Positions 47,401 through 57,699 of a stretch of DNA of 64,000 nucleotides are shown piece by piece. A model generated the notes under the pieces. It did not search any database, was not told where the DNA came from, and saw only the letters and a list, made by a program, of their open reading frames with translations. The stretch is from Macrostomum lignano (taxonomy: Eukaryota), in NCBI GenBank assembly GCA_002269645.1, contig NIVC01001141.1, positions 1-64,000 on the forward strand, read 5' to 3'. The first letter of the stretch is position 1; the number at the start of each line of letters is the position of its first letter. The translations under genes were made by a program, and so were the position numbers.

Positions 47401-48993
47401 TATTGTTCCTTTTGCCCAGGGCTTCAGTGATCTGCACTAGCAATACAGAACTTCCAGGCACAACTGCTGAGCGAACGGATTTTCCGGCTGCATTGCAGAA
47501 GTCAACTCCAAGAAGCAGGCAGCTGAAACAGCCGCATTTTTCACGAAAATGTTGTGACACCGGAGCAGGAAAATGTAAGTTTTTCTGGCGTTGGTTGAGA
47601 CACTTGCTGGCTGTGCACTGGGGTAGTTTTGCAGTTTGAAGCAGACAGGCGCACTTTTAATGTAGCTTAAAAGATCCGGGGCTCCGAGCAACTCACCGCT
47701 CGAACGACTTGATGCCCGCTCTGGCGTCGAACTGTCGCGGCTGTCGATTCGGCGCCGGCTGGTGCGCCATTTCTGACAGTTCGGGGGGGAAGTGGCGCCA
47801 ATGCAGAAATGCAATGCATTTGGTCAGACATTCGGCACAACAAACATTCCAATGCAGAAATGCAATGTGTTATGTCAGGCATTCGGTATAACAAACATTC
47901 CAATGCAGAAATGCAATGTGTTCGGTCAGGCATTCGGTATAACAAACATTTCAATGCAGAAATGCAATGTGTTCGGTCAGGCATTCGGTATAACAAACAT
48001 TTCAATGCAGAAATGCAATGTGTTCGGTCAGGCATTCGGTATAACAAACATTTCAATGCAGAGATGCAATGTGTTCGGTCAGGCATTCGGTATAACAAAC
48101 ATTTCAATGCAGAAATGCAATGTGTTCGGTCAGGCATTCGGTATAACAAACATTCCAATGCAGAGATGCAATGTGTTCGGTCATTCATTCGGCACAACAA
48201 ACATTCCAATGCAGAGATGCAATGTGTTCGGTCAGGCATTCGGCACAACAAACATTCCAATGCAGAGATGCAATGTGTTCGGTCAGGCATTCGGTATAAC
48301 AAACATTCCAATGCAGAGATGCAATGTGTTCGGTCATTCATTCGGCACAACAAACATTCCAATGCAGAGATGCAATGTGTTCGGTCAGGCATTCGGTATA
48401 ACAAACATTCCAATGCAGAGATGCAATGTGTTCGGTCAGGCATTCGGCACAACAAACATTCCAATGCAGAGATGCAATGTGTTCGGTCAGGCATTCGGTA
48501 TAACAAACATTCCAATGCAGAGATGCAATGTGTTCGGTCAGGCATTCGGTATAACAAACATTCCAATGCAGAGATGCAATGTGTTCGGTCAGGCATTCGG
48601 TATAACAAACATTCCAATGCAGAGATGCAATGTGTTCGGTCAGGCATTCGGTATAACAAACATTCCAATGCAGAGATGCAATGTGTTCGGTCAGGCATTC
48701 GGTATAACAAACATTCCAATGCAGAGATGCAATGTGTTCGGTCAGGCATTCGGCACAACAAACATTCCAATGCAGAGATGCAATGTGTTCGGTCAGGCAT
48801 TCGGTATAACAAAATGGTTTTCTTTTCGTTGCTCACCGCCGGGCAGCCCGATCAGCTCATATCCCTCGACTATGTCCAGCGCCTCCAGTCTCTTATCCGC
48901 GATCAGCTTCATCGCCAGCCTCCGATCCTCTTCATCATCCTGTTCGACTCGCAGCGACTCCACCGAGCCCACCTTGTTAGATGCTGATGGCAT
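43264..48993 (-). CDS. SSUH2: SSUH2 (ssu-2 homolog) DnaJ-type zinc-finger protein, 6 exons, about 385 aa
   Basis: Exons 48993-48837, 47772-47697, 46376-46247, 44381-44196, 44090-43924 and 43705-43264 join with compatible phases. LPKVTAEIAREIL..KCC..AWH|YCLETYVESR..EPF..GPW..MF..VPHTSTV, repeated CxxCxGxG, RQRH..IPVTEVHY..VYG and a terminal CCSLL match the SSUH2 pattern. Confidence 0.88.
44809..44979. repeat. 17-bp tandem array (TGCTAATATTGTATATA), about 10 units; second array of the same unit at 45713-45803
   Basis: Direct reading. Both arrays lie in SSUH2 intron 3 and flank a GC-rich block. Confidence 0.93.
44981..45460. repeat. Very GC-rich block of degenerate repeats of about 27-30 bp (CCTGGCGCCCnGCTGCCTTCGGCGCCCG)
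   Basis: Direct reading. TGTGGCGGCCAGACTACG occurs at about 44980 and again at about 45435. Confidence 0.7.
47798..48812. repeat. 51-bp minisatellite, about 20 units, in SSUH2 intron 1
   Basis: Unit CAATGCAGAGATGCAATGTGTTCGGTCAGGCATTCGGTATAACAAACATTC. It produces stop-free 17-aa-periodic ORFs in three frames. Confidence 0.96.
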
Positions 48994-49411
48994 TGTTGCT
49001 GCTGATTGCCAGGTAAATTGCCAGGCTGGGATCACAGAACTCATTGAGACGGCAGCTGATGCCTGGCTGATATTGGCCCGCTCAGCCCCGGCCGAGCCAA
49101 TCCGCCTGCCAGCCAGCAGCGCCGCAGCTCTGAGCCACTCAGGCTGGGAGACTGGGCTGTGTATGAAGGGATGACAGCTGGGGAAGTCGGCAGTAAATTC
49201 CCGTTCCAGTTTCCAGGTGTGAGGGCTGATTTTTTCAAAACCACTAAATTTCTAATTTCAAAATGCTGGTTCTGGCAATAAAATCACCCTCTTTATGGCC
49301 TAAGCTGAACTGTGAAGGCTCAGAGATACAAATTCGGAGGGTGTCCGTTCCATCATCAAAGGCGATACACCTGCGAGTAGAAGGAAGCTGTGGAGCACAC
49401 AAATGCGAGTA

Positions 49412-49785
49412 ACAGCCTGCCGTCTCCGCTCTGGCCCCATCAACCTGCAGTCTTCACTGATCCCATCACAGCCTGCAGTCTCCGCTCTGGCCCCATCAAC
49501 CTGCAGTCTTCACTGATCCCATCATAGCCTGCAGTCTCCGCTCTGGCCCCATCAACCTGCAGTCTTCACTGATCCCATCACAGCCTGCAGTCTCCGCTCT
49601 GGCCCCATCAACCCGCAGTCTTCACTGATCCCATCACAGCCTGCAGTCTCCGCTCTGGCCCCATCAACCTGCAGTCTTCACTGATCCCATCACAGCCTGC
49701 AGTCTCCGCTCTGGCCCCATCAACCTGCAGTCTTCACTGATCCCATCACAGCCTGCAGTCTCCGCTCTGGCCCCATCATAGTCTG
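49412..49785. repeat. 56-bp minisatellite (dimer of related 29- and 27-bp subunits), about 6.5 units
   Basis: CAGCCTGCAGTCTCCGCTCTGGCCCCATC + AACCTGCAGTCTTCACTGATCCCATCA. Confidence 0.93.
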
Positions 49786-50356
49786 CACCCTCAATTAGTG
49801 TACAAAGTGCACTTAGGTACCAGATAAGTACTCGTAAGTTCAGACAGCGCAGACAGCGCAGACCTCCGACAGCATGTCAGTTTGTTGTTTGTTTTGGTCT
49901 GAACATTTTAGCTCTCCATCCCGTGGGAGTTTGAAGCTGTGCAGTGCAGGAATTCTTCTCACGGGCCAGCATGACGTCTTGACTGGAGTAAAATGTGCCG
50001 TCGGCACTGCGAGTTAGTAAATAACTGCAGGAGAAGCGCTAAGCTTTCATAACTTATAGGGTCCGTCAATCCGATGGGCAGCGCTCGCACCCATCTACAG
50101 CTGCCGTGTGCGGAGGCTGGGCAGCAGTGATTGACAGGCTAGTCTGTGAGAGCCATCATCATCTCAGCTTGTCCATCAAGCGTCACTGCGTCAGCAAATG
50201 CTTGGACGAGAGAATAAGAAAATTACTGCAGTGAGTAATCGGTCAAAAAAGGTCGTTGCCCACAGCATATAAGGAGTCCCTTTGCAGTGCTCTGTGAACA
50301 GAGTCTCAGTGCGAGGCAGTTCTAAATCTGAGTCATTTTCTCCTCTACGAACAGCA

Positions 50357-50992
50357 ATGCACTCGGCCAGGCAGACGGGCAGCAGCCAGCTGAAGTCCCT
50401 TCTGGGCATCGACCCCAGCAGCAGCGTGGAGATGACGGAGAGCGACTTGCGGCAGTGCATGGAAGCGTTCCGCCGCTTTGAGAACAAGCAGGGCCGATTC
50501 CCAGTCGCCAAGCTGATTGAAGGTTTCGAGGCGGCCCAGACCTTCGTCAGCGAGACCGTCATTGAGGTAGGTCTTATAAGCTGATGCGGATTTCTAGGCT
50601 TTGTGTGTGACTGCTGCTGGGTTTTTATTGAGCCAACAAAAGATGCCTTTTCATTCCAACAGGAGAGCATGAACTCCCTGGCTGCGCAGGGCGTGGAGTC
50701 CATGGAGTTCTACGACTTTGCCACCCTGGTATGCTCAAAGAAGCTGCGCAAGCGGCGCAGCACTCACGCCTGTCTGAAGGCGATCTTCCGGCATCTGGAT
50801 CAGGATAGCGACGGCTTCATCAGCGCCGAGGAGCTGCAGATGTCGGTGGAGGCCCTCATGGGGGACGGTGAGGCCGGAGAGCCGGCCGAGCGGCTGGCCG
50901 AGCGGATGATCGGCCAGCTGGACACCAGCGGCAGTGGCAAAGTCAGTTACGACCAGTTCGTCTGCATGCTGAACCACAGCATCAGTTCCTGA
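50357..50992 (+). CDS. Calmodulin/troponin-C-like EF-hand protein, 2 exons, about 179 aa
   Basis: Exons 50357-50566 and 50663-50992, phase 0. EAFRRF, FYDFATLV, FRHLDQDSDGFISAEEL and MIGQLDTSGSGKVSYDQFV. Confidence 0.85.
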
Positions 50993-51636
50993 AAAATCCC
51001 TAAACTTGTCTAGATCCAAGGTCTACGAGCGTATTTCAGCTGGGCACCTCTGGCCAGTCCCTGATTAACCTTCGTACCCCTCGAACTCACCCTGCTCTTG
51101 TTTATTACTCTTGTGAGAATTAAGTAAACGTGCACAATGCTCCTCATTCCTCGTCCAATTTGATTGCCACTGAAAAAAAGGTAGCTTTGCTACTTCTCTC
51201 CTCCAGAAATTTCAATAAATTTGCAGACTCAATTTTCGTAGCCAGAAAGCATCCGTTTTACCTATCGCGTTTACGGGGAGTCAGGAGCTTCAGCCCGCAG
51301 TTTTTGACTGATCAGAAACTTTAAAGGTACCACAGTGCTCCCAGCTTATCTGTGCATCAACCAGCCAGTTAAGGGAGCTTCGGACTCTAATAAATAGCTC
51401 AATAAAATTTGTCTGTTGAAAGAAAGAATTTCTGAACTTTCACTTACTCGTATTCTTGATTTTTTAATCTAATAAATCTTTGCAAAATGTAGGTAAGAGT
51501 TGAACACCCAACTTGAGTGCGTGCTGTCTATGGCCCCTTCCTTCCCCGTCAGGGATGAGTGACACATTCTGTCTTTTTTGATGCTTGAATCAGAAAAGCT
51601 TTATCACGAAGATACAAAACGGTTACATATTCGGGA

Positions 51637-52140
51637 ATGCCACAGAAACGAACTTTCTCAGCTGACAGGGTCAACGGTGCCCCAATGCGCCGCTCCAATC
51701 GTCTGGCTGGCCTGCCACCGCCGATCATCCCGACTGAACCTGCCGTTAAGAAGAGGCGACGGACACTTGCTGCCAGCAGTGCCGCTGCACGACGCACGGC
51801 TTCTACAGTCGCTCTCAGGGGCAGCAACAACAACGGTGATCAAGTTTCCAGTATGGCCGCTGCCGGACTCAGGTCTTCACCGGCCGCTCTCGAGGACAGA
51901 ACGGCCACTCTCGGTGACAGCACAGCCGCTCTCGAGGACAGCAAAACTGCTCTCGAGGACAGCACAGCCGCTCTCGAGAACAGCACAGCCGCTATCGAGG
52001 ACAGCACAGCCGCTCTCGAGGACAGCACAGCCGCTCTCGAGAACAGAACAGGCACTCTTGGAGACGGCAACAGCAATGGAGACCAAGTTTCCAGCGAGGT
52101 TGCTGTCAAGAGCTGGGCTTCTTTGGAAAGCTCCCTTTAA
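51637..52140 (+). CDS. Possible small orphan protein with a basic N-terminus and TAALEDS heptad repeats
   Basis: A 167-aa ORF in a GC-richer patch. RRSNRL and KKRRR motifs, and about eight 21-bp units encoding heptads. No recognised family. Confidence 0.35.
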   Translation: MPQKRTFSADRVNGAPMRRSNRLAGLPPPIIPTEPAVKKRRRTLAASSAAARRTASTVALRGSNNNGDQVSSMAAAGLRSSPAALEDRTATLGDSTAALEDSKTALEDSTAALENSTAAIEDSTAALEDSTAALENRTGTLGDGNSNGDQVSSEVAVKSWASLESSL

Positions 52141-52617
52141 TAATGTCACATGACGAAAGCTATATGCGTGAATTCATTTTAACTTCTCAAGTTTAACTCC
52201 TGCCGCATGTATAACTTAGGAGCCTAAGACCCGTTTCGTACGCGGGTCTTGTCTCATTGATATGTACAAATCAGCTTGACCCCTTAAGCTTATTATTTGC
52301 TATCCGTTACAACAAACTTTTCTTTATGGAATTGGATTGAACGTGATCGATGCAGACTTGCATTGGCCCCACTCCGCCAAATGTGGTCTTTTTCCTTAGG
52401 TGCATTTTTTGTATGCAAAAGTACCTTCTGAATGGTAGCTGTCTCCAGCATGCGGTTAATAATTCTTTTCAAAGCAATCAGCACTGCATGACCAAATATT
52501 GAGTAAGTCTATCACAGTAGCAATAAATTTAGTAGTAATAAACCTTTTACTTCCGCTGTGAAGGAGTAGTAAGTAGTAAGTAATTTTACATTTTTACAAA
52601 ATTTTCAATTCCATGAA

Positions 52618-54372
52618 TTTCCCGTGATAAGAATCCGCCTTGATATGAATTTACTGTGATAAGAATCGACCTTGATATGACTTTACTGGGATAAGAATCG
52701 ACCTTGATATGACTTTACTGGGATAAGAATCGACCTTGATATGAATTTACTGGGATAAGAGTCGACCTTGAAATGAATTTACTGTGATAAGAATCGACCT
52801 TGATATGACTTTACTGGGATAAGAGTCGACCTTGATATGAATTTACTGTGATAAGAATCGACCTTGATATGAATTTACTGGGATAAGAATCGACCTTGAT
52901 ATGAATTTCCTGTGATAAGAATCGACCTTGATATGACTTTACTGGGATAAGAATCGACCTTGATATGAATTTACTGTGATAAGAATCGACCTTGATATGA
53001 ATTTACTGTGATAAGAATCGACCTTGATATGAATTTACTGTGATAAAAATCGACCTTGATATGAATTTACTGTGATAAGAATCGACCTTGATATGAATTT
53101 ACTGTGATAAGAATCGACCTTGATATGACTTTACTGGGATAAGAGTCGACCTTGATATGAATTTACTGGGATAAGAGTCGACCTTGAAATGAATTTACTG
53201 TAATAAGAATTGACCTTGATATGAATTTACTGTGATAAGAGTCGACCTTGATATGACTTTACTGGGATAAGAGTCGACCTTGATATGAATTTACTGGGAT
53301 AAGAGTCGACCTTGAAATGAATTTACTGGGATAAGAATCGACCTTGATATGAATTTACTGTGATAAGAATCGACCTTGAAATGAATTTACTGGGATAAGA
53401 ATCGACCTTGATATGAATTTACTGTGATAAGAATCGACCTTGATATGAATTTACTGGGATAAGAATCGACCTTGATATGACTTTACTGGGATAAGAATCG
53501 ACCTTGATATGAATTTACTGGGATAAGAGTCGACCTTGAAATGAATTTACTGTGATAAGAATCGACCTTGATATGACTTTACTGGGATAAGAGTCGACCT
53601 TGATATGAATTTACTGTGATAAGAATCGACCTTGATATGAATTTACTGGGATAAGAATCGACCTTGATATGAATTTCCTGTGATAAGAATCGACGTTGAT
53701 ATGACTTTACTGGGATAAGAATCGACCTTGATATGAATTAACTGTGATAAGAATCGACCTTGATATGAATTTACTGTGATAAGAATCGACCTTGATATGA
53801 ATTTACTGTGATAAGAATCGACCTTGATATGAATTTACTGTGATAAGAATCGACCTTGATATGAATTTACTGTGATAAGAATCGACCTTGATATGACTTT
53901 ACTGGGATAAGAGTCGACCTTGATATGAATTTACTGGGATAAGAGTCGACCTTGAAATGAATTTACTGTGATAAGAATCGACCTTGATATGAATTTACTG
54001 TGATAAGAATCGACCTTGATATGACTTTACTGGGATAAGAATCGACCTTGATATGACTTTACTGGGATAAGAATCGACCTTGATATGAATTTACTGTGAT
54101 AAGAATCGACCTTGATATGACTTTACTGGGATAAGAATCGACCTTGATATGACTTTACTGGGATAAGAGTCGACCTTGATATGAATTTACTGGGATAAGA
54201 GTCGACCTTGAAATGAATTTACTGTGATAAGAATCGACCTTGATATGAATTTACTGTGATAAGAATCGACCTTGATATGACTTTACTGGGATAAGAATCG
54301 ACCTTGATATGACTTTACTGGGATAGGAATCGACCTTGATATGACTTTACTGTGATGAGAATCCACCTTGAT
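52618..54372. repeat. 32-bp minisatellite (GATAAGAATCGACCTTGATATGAATTTACTGT), about 54 units
   Basis: Direct reading. Constant period with no unique spacers. Confidence 0.98.
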
Positions 54373-54713
54373 TAAAAACTACATTTAATTGTCACAGAAA
54401 GATGAACTTGAAATGAAAGAGTGGGCTGTCTACCCGACGGCGTGGCCAGTTGTAGAGTAGAGGTGGTCAGTTGACAGCCTTTCTTGTTTTTGGCTAGCCT
54501 GCAGGCCATTGTAACTAACCTTCATTTGAAAGAGAGCGCAGCTTCTACGAGCGTAAATGGAAAAAAAACTTTGGATGGAGTCGCGTACTCTGTAGTCGGG
54601 CCTTGTTTTCAGACGAGTTTAGCAGCTCTTGCTTTCTGAAGAGCAGTCGGTGACGGAAAATTTGAAAGGAGTTGCACTCAGCCAGCCACCTCAAACCGGA
54701 CTGACGAACTGGC

Positions 54714-54720
54714 TATAAAT
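54714..54720 (+). promoter_or_regulatory. Probable TATA box of the P450 gene
   Basis: TATAAAT(A) about 80 bp upstream of the ATG at 54797. Confidence 0.5.
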
Positions 54721-54796
54721 AGACGCAAGGAATTCTCCTAGCTCAGCTTATGCCAGTTCACTGCACTCTTTTGCCAAGGTACAACTGGAACACAAA

Positions 54797-56308
54797 ATGG
54801 CCACGGCAACAACTCTGGCGATCGCTGGCGGTGCGGCGGCTCTGGGCTTCTACTGGTTCAGCAGCAAGCGCTTCAACGGCAAGGATGCGCCATCGGTTGG
54901 CAGGTACCCCATGATCGGAAGTCTGCGCCACCTGCCGGAGCCCATGTACCTGTCCCTCTACGAGCGATTTGGCACAGAGCCAATTGTTCGCGTCTACTTT
55001 GGCACGCAGTGTGTCTACGTGTTTAACAGATGGTCGGCCTTCAAAGAAGCAATGGTGGACAATGCAGAGCAGCTGAGCGGCCGGCAGAGCCAGACACTTG
55101 CAGCCAGTGTCTTCGGCGACATCGGTGGCATTGTCATGTCTGACGGGGAGATTTGGCGGGAGTACCGCCGATTTACTCTGAAGACGCTCCGTGACTTCGG
55201 CTTCGGGCGGCGCGGAGCCGAAGAAATCATCGCTGTTGAGACCGACCACCTGCACCGCTCAATTGAAGCAGCCGCCGGAGCTCCCATGGACACAACCGTC
55301 CTCATGAGCTCCGCCGCCAGCAACATCATCTGCCAGCTCGTGTTCGGTTCACGCCTGGCCTCCGAAGATCCGTATTTCCACGAGCTGCTCGATGTGTTTC
55401 ACAAAATCTCTCAGGCTGGCAGCTCGAACATCACACAGAGTGTTGTACTGTCTGTCTTGGCGGTGGTTGACAGACTTCCGATGCTGCTACCGCTGCTGAA
55501 GCTCCTACCAAGCACTTCTGTGACGCTGGCAAACTTCAAAAAGCTGCACGACTACTGCTGCCAGCAGCGGGACAAGCACGCGGCCGAGATGGAGAAGGTG
55601 GACCGCGCCAAGGACTACATAGAGGCACACCTGCAGCATCAGAACATCCGGCCGGAGCTGTTCAACGACACACGACTGGCCATGGCAGTGACGGAGCTGT
55701 TCCTAGCGGGCACGGACACGACAGCAAACACTTTGCGCTGGGCCATCCTCTTTATGATCGAAAATCCCGACGTAGCCGACAAGGTGTACGAAGAGATCGT
55801 CGAGAAAATTGGTCGCGAGAGGCTGCCGACAATGCAAGACAGGTCCGTGCTGCACTACACCCAAGCAGCCATCGAAGAGGTCCATCGGAGAGCCTCTTTA
55901 GTGCCATTGGGGGTCTTGCACCGAATCACCTCAGATATCACTGTGTCCGGAGTTCCACTGAAAGCTGACAGTATCTGTGCATTCAATGTGTACTCCATCC
56001 ATCACGATCCCGAGCTGTTCTCGGAGCCTACTAAGTTCCTTCCGGAGCGGCACTTAAAGGACAGCCAGTTTGTGCCGTGTCCTCACCTGGCCACTTTCGG
56101 CTTGGGCAGACGGGCTTGCCTCGGCGAAAGCCTAGCGAGGATGGAGCTGTTCGTCTTCTTTTCTGCTCTCATGCAGCGCTACCGCTTCAGCCTGGATCCC
56201 CAGGACAGCCGCACCCTGTGGGACCTCACGGAGGACCCAGAGATATTCAAGGGCAACTCAATCAGGACTCCGGCGGCCCACAAGATAATCTTCAGTTACA
56301 GAGCTTGA
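54797..56308 (+). CDS. Cytochrome P450, CYP2 clan, intronless, 503 aa
   Basis: N-terminal membrane anchor then P..G.YPMIGSL; C-helix W..YRRFTL.TLRDFGFG; I-helix ELFLAGTDTT; EEVHR (ExxR); PERH; heme motif FGLGRRACLGESLA. Confidence 0.97.
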   Translation: MATATTLAIAGGAAALGFYWFSSKRFNGKDAPSVGRYPMIGSLRHLPEPMYLSLYERFGTEPIVRVYFGTQCVYVFNRWSAFKEAMVDNAEQLSGRQSQTLAASVFGDIGGIVMSDGEIWREYRRFTLKTLRDFGFGRRGAEEIIAVETDHLHRSIEAAAGAPMDTTVLMSSAASNIICQLVFGSRLASEDPYFHELLDVFHKISQAGSSNITQSVVLSVLAVVDRLPMLLPLLKLLPSTSVTLANFKKLHDYCCQQRDKHAAEMEKVDRAKDYIEAHLQHQNIRPELFNDTRLAMAVTELFLAGTDTTANTLRWAILFMIENPDVADKVYEEIVEKIGRERLPTMQDRSVLHYTQAAIEEVHRRASLVPLGVLHRITSDITVSGVPLKADSICAFNVYSIHHDPELFSEPTKFLPERHLKDSQFVPCPHLATFGLGRRACLGESLARMELFVFFSALMQRYRFSLDPQDSRTLWDLTEDPEIFKGNSIRTPAAHKIIFSYRA

Positions 56309-57699
56309 TGACAAACAATAGTTATCCAATGCCACTATGATGAGGAATTTGATAGCGCGAATAGTGGTGGCGGTTTTTTAATTGCCTAAAACCGATTTAA
56401 AAGCTTCTTTTTCTGCACCGTAGTGATACGAAAAAATGTTTAAATATTTTTACAGGTATATTGGATACCATTAATAGTTCACCTACAGATTGAGGTAGCT
56501 AAAAGAATTTTATAATTTTTTGTTTGGGCCCTCTCTATACAGCGGGCATGGAAAGATTCTTATCATTGAATGCAGATCTTTTTTCAGAGTGTTTTTCGTA
56601 TTTGGTTCACGTCTCTTTTATCTAAAATATTTATTTTTATTTCCGCCTTGCTTATAGTACTGTTTTGAAATCTCTGCAGATATATCTTATTTAATAAATC
56701 TACAAGTATTGTATTAATTAAGCTTTGTAGGTCACATCTTTAGTATATACCTTTTGTATACATTTTCAAAAAGGCCTCTAATATTAACATGACATCAAGA
56801 AACACGATTGAATACCAAGACTCAGAATTACTATTTGAAAACTTTTTTGTATTATTTCGTCTTTTGACTCTATTTATCTGATGCGATGGGCACAGAACCA
56901 GTGGCATCTGTACCTGTACGTCTGCGATAGGTTTTTCGTATGACCAGGTTATGACCAGGTCACAGTAACAATGAATAGCCTGTACAGAAGCATCTTTAGA
57001 ATCAATGCTCTATGGAAAAGAAAAAGCCAAATATTTTGCCCTGAAATTCGCATCTCGAAGCTTACGAGAAAAAAAAACTAGTGTTCGTCGCATGACTAAT
57101 TTCTAAGATTTCTTGAGCTCCAGCAGCCGAAACAAAATGACGCTGTCGCATATTTTCTCTTTGCTCATCTTACTTTTTATTTCACTGCTTATATGACAAT
57201 CAAATCATTTGACTTATGCACAAAGAGACGAAAAATGATGCACAAGTCTGACCAACCCTAAATTTAGCCCTCACAGGGCATGTGAATGTACTATGTACTA
57301 GATAGATGAACTTATCGAAGAATGTTGCGCAAGCTAGGCTGCTCACATCCTGGGCTTCTAAAATCAGAAAAAATTTATATAGCTCTTTTTTTCTAAGATA
57401 ATACTCCGGAGAGTTAGGGTTAGGGTTAGGGTCCATCCACCATTCTCCATCCACCTCCTGATATCCGTGCGGGCGATCGCAAAATCGCGTGATTTTTCGT
57501 GTTGGATCTCCGGGCCGGAGAAAACAAACACCGGAGAACAGAAACCCCAACACCGGGGCGCCCCACCTGCATAGCAGCGCAGGGCAAGAGCCGCAAAAAG
57601 TGCGCAAAGCTCGACCACTTCGCGTGAGCTTGCAGGTCCAGGCAGGACGCCCCGAAGAGCGACTCCAACGCCGTCGCGACGCTGCAAGACGAGACCAGC

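Noticed and set aside
47667-49174. Three ORFs of 389-460 aa with 17-aa periodicity
   Set aside because: A 51-bp minisatellite that is stop-free in several frames and lies inside SSUH2 intron 1.
52226-52250. AAGACCCG/CGGGTCTT hairpin resembling a Helitron 3' end
   Set aside because: Not followed by CTRR, and no matching 5' end was found.
52618-54372. CRISPR-like appearance of the 32-bp array
   Set aside because: The units are contiguous with no unique spacers, there are no cas genes, and the context is eukaryotic.
57414-57431. (TTAGGG)3 next to the Gypsy remnant
   Set aside because: Too short to call an interstitial telomere or healed break.
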